This document shows, in pieces, positions 1 to 6,642 of a DNA stretch of 8,653 nucleotides. Position 1 is the stretch's first letter; each line of letters opens with the position of its first letter. The stretch comes from Paraspadella gotoi (Eukaryota; Animalia; Chaetognatha), in assembly GCA_051294375.1 (NCBI GenBank), contig CM119271.1, positions 2,689,819-2,698,471 on the forward strand, written 5' to 3'. The position numbers and the translations under genes are program-made. The notes beneath the pieces were generated by a model. That model did not search any database. It was given only the letters and a program-made list of their open reading frames with translations, and was not told the origin of the DNA.

Positions 1-170
1 CCTTTCTTAAATCCACCCATCGGAAGTTATCCCTCTCTATTACCGTCGCAGTCATTTTTGTCTTTCAAGGATCCCACGCACCTTAAGACCAAAAGCCGTC
101 AAGGATTCATTTCAATTATATTTTCTCATATTTCCTGGATTTTTTTTATGTTTATCTCACTCCTTCTGGG

Positions 171-184
171 TCTTTCTTTCTTTC

Positions 185-220
<36 letters not shown>

Positions 221-227
221 TTTCTTT
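171..227. repeat. (TTTC)n microsatellite
   Basis: Tandem tttc with one ttgt interruption. Confidence 0.95.
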
Positions 228-949
228 GTTAACGTTAACAATATTTCATATTTTAAATATCCAGTAAATGTTATAAATCCGATTAATCTAAATAATCTTC
301 TTCTAAATTAAACAAAGCAGGAGACCAAAAACCAGTTAAATTTTAATAAATTGATGATTTTTTACTCTCATTTGCATATTGCAGTGTTTATATCCTTTAC
401 TCTTGTCAGATATAATACCATATATTTCTTGTTTTAAGTAGTAAAATTATAAAACAACTAAATGTTTACCAGAAAACTAAAGTTAGCAAGTCAAGATTAT
501 GACCGGCTGTCGCAAAAATTAAAGGAGTCGGGCTAATTTTCCTTTTGTTCCGAGCGAACTCGCAAAATTACTGCGTTAAAATCTAAACTTATTCCTTTAC
601 AACAGTCCCTGAAATTAACCCATTCTGAATATCTTTTTCTATTTGGCGCCAGCTTCTAGATAGCTTACATGGATTACGAATATGTAGGAAGATGTGATAG
701 TATATATGTAATATTTGTGATGTTGTGGCATATTTTGACTCAGTGTGAAGTGGTTGTAAGACTCTGGAATAAGTTAAGTGTGATACTGTTGAAATTTTAT
801 GATAAGAGAGTGGATAACCGAGAAATGAGCTTAAGTTTAAAGTAAGGTTAAAAAAATAAATTAAGTTTTACTTAAGCCAGAATATGGAAAATATTTGCTT
901 CTCATTTGAGAAAGGATTTAGAAGAAGATTATTGGATTGCCAGAGTAAG

Positions 950-1298
950 TGGCAGGTTAAATACTTTTAAAGGACCACAATACATAACTTTCTGAGCCCA
1001 TGTATTTAAGTATTTTTACGATTTCCTGAAGGCCCCTCTTACAGTCCATTAAATTTGAGGTTTTTTCTTGTCTGAACAAATGAGTAAATAGGCGAATTAT
1101 ATACAATTTTAACGTAAGTGGGGCAGACCGACCGACAGACATATCGACGGACCGACCGACACACATATCGACGGACCGACCGACAGACATATCGACGGAC
1201 CGACCGACAGACATATCGACGGACCGACCGACAGACCGACCGAAAAGTGAAAAAATACTCATTCTAAAGTTCCTAACTTAAGACTTGCACGGTATAAA
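950..1298 (-). mobile_element. Possible non-autonomous Helentron-associated (HINE/DINE-1-like) element; 5' end at 1298, other end undefined
   Basis: Minus strand starts TTTATACCGTGC, then an imperfect hairpin (+ strand tctaaagtt-cct-aacttaaga, 1263-1283), then a GTCG/GTCY-derived repeat. This is the 5' layout of DINE-1-like elements. The 3' subTIR and stem-loop were not found, so the left boundary is approximate. Confidence 0.4.
1126..1243. repeat. 24-bp minisatellite gaccgaccgacagacatatcgacg, 4 full copies plus a partial copy
   Basis: Units start at 1126, 1150, 1174 and 1198 (one g>c change in copy 2); partial copy from 1222. Built from GACN tetramers, with no unique spacers. Confidence 0.95.
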
Positions 1299-1545
1299 GC
1301 AACGCAACGTATTCCTTAAATTAATTAATTCATTAATTCATTAATTGATCATGAAATTCCTATGACATCCGTTTTGGATTGACACGGTGTGCGATCACAG
1401 CTCGTGAGTTTTACGCTCGACTGTGACTCCTAGGAATGCGATAAAAGTGAAAGCGTTAATTATATTTATTATTTCACAATCGTCGATCGAAGAAGTGAAG
1501 AAAGACAAGAACGACTTTCGGCTTCTCTTTCATCGCTCATTGAGT

Positions 1546-1738
1546 NNNNNNNNNNNNNNNNNNNNNNNNNNNNNNNNNNNNNNNNNNNNNNNNNNNNNNN
1601 NNNNNNNNNNNNNNNNNNNNNNNNNNNNNNNNNNNNNNNNNNNNNNNNNNNNNNNNNNNNNNNNNNNNNNNNNNNNNNNNNNNNNNNNNNNNNNNNNNNN
1701 NNNNNNNNNNNNNNNNNNNNNNNNNNNNNNNNNNNNNN
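1546..1738. other. Assembly gap (193 N)
   Basis: Run of N. Confidence 1.
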
Positions 1739-1988
1739 ATGTCAATCAAATATACGTTCTCTCACACTTCATATTTTTTTACCCATTCTCTTTATTCCCT
1801 TATCTCTTTTTCCGTAAGTAAGATCGCCCATTTGTCTGTATCTATTGTCCGATTTTTTACGACTCACGTAAGTACTAAGTACATTTCTCTGTAATTTCTG
1901 TATGAATGTCACTTTGTCTGCCTGTCTCTCGGTCTATGTTTTTGCGTTTTTCGATCACTCGGCCCTTTTAATTATTTCTCGAAATGTT

Positions 1989-2055
1989 TGTCTCTCCGTC
2001 TCTCTCCGTCTCTGTCTTTCTGTCTCCCTCTCTGTCTCTTTATCTCATCTCACTC
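1989..2055. repeat. Degenerate (CT)/(CTGT) simple repeat
   Basis: tgtctctccgtctctctccgtctctgtctttctgtctccctctctgtctc. Confidence 0.8.
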
Positions 2056-2179
2056 TGCCCTTCTTTCCCTACATCTTCTTCAATGGGCTCACTCCAATTA
2101 TTTGACATCTCGTATCATCCGATCCTCATCGACGAGGCTGTCAGATCTCGGTTGGCTCCCTCTCCCTCCTGTTGCTCCG

Positions 2180-2219
2180 TCTCTCTCTCTCTCTCTCTCT
2201 CTCGTGCTCCTCTTCTTCC

Positions 2220-2244
<25 letters not shown>
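2180..2244. repeat. Two (CT)n tracts
   Basis: Pure CT runs at about 2180-2203 and 2220-2244. Confidence 0.95.
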
Positions 2245-2250
<6 letters not shown>

Positions 2251-2374
2251 TGAATTCCCTGTTTTGTGATGGATGCCGATAAGTCTTCTGCGTCCGATCG
2301 ACTGTTGAATGCGATTTCGACCTGATGCTATGAGGGCGCAAAGGAGCTTGTCATGACTTTAGGTTTTCATTCTA

Positions 2375-2376
2375 TT

Positions 2377-2412
<36 letters not shown>

Positions 2413-2475
2413 TGCTTTCATTTCTTTCTTTCTTTTCTTTCTTTTTCATTTCTTTACTTTCTTCTTTTTTCCTTT
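2375..2475. repeat. (TTTC)n microsatellite / polypyrimidine tract
   Basis: Tandem tttc, degenerating to the right. Confidence 0.9.
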
Positions 2476-2571
2476 GCTGAGCAAACAAAAGGACGGGAAT
2501 CCTCCTATGCTTCTAGGTCTTCGGACTGACATCTCGATCCCGAAAGCGGAAACATCCTCTCCTATTTCTCG

Positions 2572-2646
2572 TCTCTCTCTCTCTTCTCTCTCTATCTCTC
2601 TCTTCTCTCCTCTCTCTCTCTTCTCTCTCTCTCTTCTTTCTCTCTC
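2572..2646. repeat. Imperfect (CT)n microsatellite
   Basis: Seen directly in the sequence. Confidence 0.95.
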
Positions 2647-2656
2647 AAGCGTTTAG

Positions 2657-2735
2657 ACGCGTGTACGCGGTCGGCGAACGTCCCAAATGACGTACGTGAC
2701 GCGACGAAACGTCCGGATGATTTGGAGACTAAGTG
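2657..2735 (+). CDS. Candidate 79-nt internal exon, unknown product
   Basis: Long CT tract plus tttag acceptor (2655-2656) and strong donor G|gtaaga (2736). CpG-rich. Two open frames (ACTRSANVPNDVRDATKRPDDLETK or TRVRGRRTSQMTYVTRRNVRMIWRLS). Confidence 0.4.
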
Positions 2736-2738
2736 GTA

Positions 2739-2836
2739 AGAGAGTGAGAGACAAGAGAGACGCAGACTGACGAGAGAGAGAGAGAGATGAGAAGAGAGAG
2801 AGAGATGAGACCGAATGAGAGAGAGGAGAGAGAGAC
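2739..2836. repeat. Imperfect (GA)n microsatellite
   Basis: Seen directly; the only GA-oriented dinucleotide tract among otherwise CT-oriented ones. Confidence 0.9.
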
Positions 2837-3096
2837 AAGTGAGGAAAAATAATAAGTAAACTTCAAAGGAAAGCTGCAATAAAGACCGAAATATTAATGC
2901 TTATAAGTAGTGCACCTACTCGTATATCCCTGCCCACTATTCCAACACTTCACACTATAAATATTTTTAAAAACGAATGTTGAATTCGTTGAACAACATT
3001 TCTGAACTAATAACTACTTTTCGCTACTTTCTTTATTCCTGGCGCTTTTTATATTTTCTACAATTTCCTCTTCTTTCCATTTCACCCGTTTTTTTT

Positions 3097-3117
3097 CTCT
3101 CTCTCTTCTCTCTTCTT

Positions 3118-3149
<32 letters not shown>

Positions 3150-3167
3150 TCTCTCTCTTCTCTCTCT
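3097..3167. repeat. Imperfect (CT)n microsatellite
   Basis: Seen directly in the sequence. Confidence 0.95.
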
Positions 3168-3717
3168 CCCCCCTTGCCCTCCTCCTTTCTCCCGGCACCC
3201 CCAACCCCACCTCGCCCAAACCAACGCCCTTTCCTTCCCTTGTCATAACCGTTCATGTTTTTTTTTCCCTTCAGCGTAAAACGGATTTTTGTTCTTTTTT
3301 TTTGACGACCTCATTGACTTTTACGGCGAGACGAGGCGTCGGCCGGACGGAGACCGACGAGACCGACCGGAGGTGCGAGCGGGGGCGGCTGCTGCTGCTG
3401 CTAAGGGTCGGCCCATCGCTGCCGCTGCTAAGCGTTTTCTGCTCAGCAACTTTTAGCAAGAAATTAAAACGTGGATAATTTTTTTCGTGTTTTTGTGTGG
3501 GGGGGAGGGACGGAAAGAAAATTATAGAAAAATAATCGATTATTAGTCACGTGAAACAATCAATTTCAAAGTTATGCTTTTTTTTCCCTTAGCCAGTAAT
3601 GTTCTATCTAGGAATTCAGCAAAAAAAAAACCACTTTTGCAATATTGCTAGAAATTATCAACAGGGAATTGATTAAATCTTAAACCTAAGAACAGTGGCG
3701 GACACGATTAATTAAAG

Positions 3718-4474
3718 TCATCCTGCTGCATTTTCTAAAACAAGAATTGGTATAATTTTGCTACTTTTAATAAAAAAAATTAGTCCATTTTTGATCCATT
3801 TGACTTCTTGTCTTGAGATTTTGAACGTCAAGATACATGAAGAATAATTTTTTTACCCTCCGGATTTCGAGTAGTACTTCTTCACTTCTTTACCTCTTGA
3901 GTTGTTCATTGCCATGTGGTTCATCCATTGTTTTACCTATGGAATTAATTTTTTAATTGACTAGTCAATTACAATTTTTACCATTTTATTTACAAGTTTG
4001 TTAAACGAAAATACTTCAAAACTGTCCAAAATCTAATCAAATATTCCCTCTTCAACGGTCCTGCTTCTACCAAAAAAATTTTTTTAGGCAAAAATTTAAT
4101 AGTTTTGCCAGCAATTAAATTTTTAAATCAACTTTTAATCTTGTGAGGAATTTGTGAAGGCTTTTTTATTTGAACTAAACTCGGTTATTGATTCTCTAGT
4201 CGAAGTTGTAATTGTTGCCGTGTAGTAAAGGTCGCCCAAATCCGGTTTTTTTAAAGTTCTAGCCAGTTGTAATGTATAAACTTTTCCGACGTCTTTGTTC
4301 GTCGATTTAAACGCGCGAGCCTCGGGTATTTCAATAATATCGTCGACTACGAATTGTAAATAAAATTCGACCAAGACCAAAAATATAATATCCAGGTTGA
4401 TTTGTTCTTGGTTCGAATACTTAGATTATCGGTGATTAAGTCAACTCGATGCTTTGTTAGTTTGAGTTTCAAGT
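3718..4474 (-). pseudogene. Candidate 5-exon minus-strand gene of unknown product with one in-frame TAG
   Basis: Exons 4474-4421, 4346-4181, 4066-4015, 3936-3857, 3811-3718; GT-AG introns of 74, 114, 78 and 45 nt with matching phases 1, 2, 0, 2. TAG at 4035-4033; ends in TGA at 3720-3718. No recognised homology. Confidence 0.45.
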
Positions 4475-4777
4475 CTTTAAAAAAAAATATTAAAGTTTTT
4501 TTCTGCAAATCGTGTACATATTCCGAGTTCGATAAAATTTGGACAATACGACAATTTTTTTGTACATATAAACGCACTAACAAGTACTTTATAACGAATC
4601 TGAACAGTTAGTTAATTGAAAGATGGTTCATTTTAAAGGAATATTCGAATATTTCCAAAGAAATTAAACTATATTTTGGAATCATTTTCATCAATAAATT
4701 TTCCGCTCTTACTTCGGCAAGTCGTCAAGGAAAGAATAAGTAAGTTCTTTTTTCGTGTCACTACTCTGCGATCACAG

Positions 4778-5126
4778 TTCGAACTCACCCTGTCTCTGAA
4801 GCTGACCACTCCAACGCACCCTCCAAACACCCCTTTCCGAGATCTCAGCCTACCTTGCCCGGACATCTCCGCGGACTCAAAGCGACTCCTTCATCGTCGT
4901 CGTCGCCAAACGCCCTCGTCGACAGCGTTTGAAGGCTTCTGCGACGCACGAGTGACGGTCTCGTGAAGGAGTTAAAGCGGGGATGTGACGGAACTGGAGG
5001 CTCTGCGGAGAGTGCTGGATGATATGAGCGGGAGTTGGCGGCGATGAAGGATGAATGTGGAGAGAGTGAAGCAGCTCGTGGGTGAGATGGAGGTTGTTGT
5101 TCGTCGATTGTCGTCGACGATAGAAC
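4778..5126 (+). CDS. N-terminal exon: Pro/Thr-rich linker, polybasic RRRR site and coiled-coil region (frameshifted)
   Basis: GC-rich block after acceptor-like tcacag (ag 4776-4777). With four single-G indels corrected (~4954, 4979-4982, 5030-5032, 5049-5050) it reads ...KRLLHRRRRQTPSSTAFEGFCDARVDGLVKELKRDVTELEALRRVLDDMSGELAAMKMNVERVKQLVGEMEVVVRRLSSTIE, a heptad-like amphipathic helix. Donor gt at 5127, phase 1. Confidence 0.6.
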
Positions 5127-5319
5127 GTTACTTCATTAGTTGTTCATTCTTATTCATTCATTATTCATTCATTCATTCATTCATTCATTTCATTCATTCA
5201 TTCATTCTCATTCATTCATTCATTCATCATTATTCATTCATGATTTTATTTGTAAATTCATTATTTATTGAATTTCAGTCATTCCTTCCATATATTGCTT
5301 TGTAAATTCCGTCTTCCAG
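5127..5319 (+). other. Intron (193 nt, phase 1) containing an (ATTC)n microsatellite
   Basis: gttact...gtcttccag. Splicing gives c+ca=Pro and puts ...STIE-P-TTATKGEKGSEGDKGERGK in frame. Confidence 0.7.
5143..5240. repeat. (ATTC)n microsatellite, intronic
   Basis: Tandem attc/tcat with indels. Confidence 0.95.
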
Positions 5320-6138
5320 CAACGACGGCAACAAAAGGAGAAAAAGGATCGGAAGGAGACAAAGGAGAAAGGGGAAAGGCAAGGACAAAGGAGGAAGGAA
5401 GGAGACAAAGGAGAAAAGGGAACACAGAAGGAACAAAGGAGACAAAGGATTTTGAAAAGGGAAAGGAAGAGAAAGACAAAGGAGAAAAGGGAAGGAAGGA
5501 GACAGATAGGAATCAAGGAAAAAGAAAGAAGGAAAAAGAGAGACAAAGGAGAAAAGGGAAGGAAGGGAGGAAAGAACAAAGGGAAAGGAAGGGAAAAAGG
5601 AGACAGGGAATAAGGAAAGTAAGAGGGAGAGAAAGGAGACAAAAGATTGGGAAAGAAAGGAGAGACAAAGTAGGAAAAGGAACAAGAAGGAGACAAAGAT
5701 AAAGGGAAAGGAAGGAACAAAGGAGGCAAAAGGGAAAGGAAGGAGACAGAGGAATAAAGGGAAAGAAGGAGACAAAGGAGAAAACGTGAAAAAGAAAGGA
5801 GACAGAAGGGAATAAGGGAAAGAAGCAGAGAAACAGGAAGGAGAAAGAACAAAGGGCAGGTAAAGGGAAAGGAAGGAACAAAGGAGAAAAGGGAAAGAAG
5901 GAGAACCAAAGGAGAGAGAAAGCGGGAAAGGAAGGAGACAAAGGGAGAAAAGGGGGAAAGGAAGGAGAAAAAGGATCGGAAAGGAGACAAAGGAGACAAA
6001 GGGAGAAAAGGGACAGAAGGAGACAAAGGTGAAAAAAGGGAAAAAAAGGAGACAAAGGAGAAAAGGGAGATAGCGGAATTCCTTGTGAGAGTGGAGACAA
6101 TGACGTCAACCGAACAAAAAAAGAAAAGGAAAATTCAA
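5320..6138 (+). CDS. Collagen-like Gly-X-Y repeat exon (GEK/GDK/GKE/GDR/GNK), heavily frameshifted in this sequence
   Basis: Clean triplets at both ends (GEKGSEGDKGERGK from 5337; GDKGEKGDSGIP ending at 6083). Between them the motifs ggagacaaaggagaaaagggaaaggaa (GDKGEKGKE) and ggagacagagggaataagggaaag (GDRGNKGK) recur in shifting frames. Phase-1 donors at 6085 (gtgaga) or 6139 (gttagc). Confidence 0.8.
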
Positions 6139-6289
6139 GTTAGCGAAATGGTTTTTATTATTTTAGTTACAACATTACAAAATGATAATAGCGAATGATA
6201 TACAAATATGATTGTAAAATTAAATCTAAATCATGATATGACATTCTTCAATCTTGTAAGTTACAATCAACTACATTTTTTCCTTCCAG
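6139..6289 (+). other. Intron (phase 1; alternative start at 6085)
   Basis: AT-rich, ends in polypyrimidine tttttccttccag (ag 6288-6289). Both candidate donors are phase 1, matching the downstream frame. Confidence 0.7.
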
Positions 6290-6564
6290 ATTTCCACTGC
6301 GAGTCCGGATCTGTACGCATCGCTAAACCGCCCACCGTCCGATACGACACGGTCCGGGCCGTCAATTTTTCGCGTCCGTTCACGTCTACTCCGTCCGTGA
6401 TCGCGTACGTGTCTCACGCGAATCTCATCATTCACTGGACGATAGTCGATGTCTTCGAGTCGAACCTCACCAATTTTCGATTCGCGTTCACGGTGAAATC
6501 TCACGGGGTGAATTATATATTCATTGATTGGGTCGTTTCTTGGATGGCCTGTGGTGAAGGGTGA
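6290..6564 (+). CDS. Terminal exon encoding an H-type lectin-like domain
   Basis: Intact frame FHCESGSVRIAKPPTVRYDTVRAVNFSRPFTSTPSVIAYVSHANLIIHWTIVDVFESNLTNFRFAFTVKSHGVNYIFIDWVVSWMACGEG*. It matches the H_lectin pattern SG...VxFxxPFxxxPxV...N(L/I)TxxxF...VxWxA from recalled family consensus. No search was run. Confidence 0.8.
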
Positions 6565-6636
6565 TTTAAAAGTTGGATTTTGAAAATTGACTTTTTATTA
6601 GATCGTAAAATTAAAGAAATGAGAAAAAATTGTATA

Positions 6637-6642
6637 AATAAA
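6637..6642 (+). terminator. Polyadenylation signal AATAAA
   Basis: About 70 nt after the stop codon and followed by a T/GT-rich stretch (tttgtttttattt). A variant ATTAAA lies at 6610-6615. Confidence 0.55.

Larger units (their letters stand above)
4778..6564 (+). pseudogene. Multi-exon gene, frameshifted as assembled: coiled coil + collagen-like Gly-X-Y + H-type lectin-like domain
   Basis: Exons 4778-5126, 5320-6138 (or 5320-6084) and 6290-6564 are joined by GT..AG introns, both phase 1 at donor and acceptor. TGA at 6562-6564 and AATAAA at 6637. Many indels in 4950-6050. Whether it is a true pseudogene or an assembly error is unresolved, and the 5' end/ATG was not found. Confidence 0.75.

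Noticed and set aside
1-55. Minus-strand ATG (caaaaATG) starting MTATVIERDNFRWVDLRK and running off the window
   Set aside because: Too short and unrecognised to support.
370-377. Octamer motif ATTTGCAT
   Set aside because: A single 8-mer in AT-rich DNA with no linked snRNA or TSS evidence.
1126-1243. CRISPR-like array of 24-bp repeats
   Set aside because: The repeats are head-to-tail with no unique spacers, the context is eukaryotic, and no cas genes are present.
957-1262. 101-aa ORF with SVGRSVDM repeats
   Set aside because: It is a translation of the 24-bp minisatellite with no other coding signal.
1423-1821. ORFs spanning the N run (likewise 7620-8085)
   Set aside because: They are open only because of assembly gaps.
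1902-3279. Cluster of SL-rich and RE-rich ORFs in the supplied track
   Set aside because: They are products of (CT)n/(GA)n microsatellites.
3785-3811. EVKWIKNG as an immunoglobulin C-strand motif
   Set aside because: The flanking Ig cysteines and the DxGxYxC motif are absent, so it is likely coincidental.
4740-4777. 38-nt mini-intron gtaagt..cacag as a coding intron
   Set aside because: The sites look good, but the phase-0 join places TAA directly before the donor. At best it is a UTR intron, and it remains unresolved.
5265-6109. Long minus-strand Phe/Leu/Ser/Pro-rich ORFs (253, 198, 166 aa) resembling membrane proteins
   Set aside because: They are antisense shadows of the polypurine collagen tract; a pyrimidine-only strand rarely forms stop codons.
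6208-6289. ATG at 6208 as the start of a stand-alone 118-aa lectin
   Set aside because: The first 27 codons are AT-rich intron-like sequence ending in a polypyrimidine tract and AG whose phase matches the upstream collagen exon.
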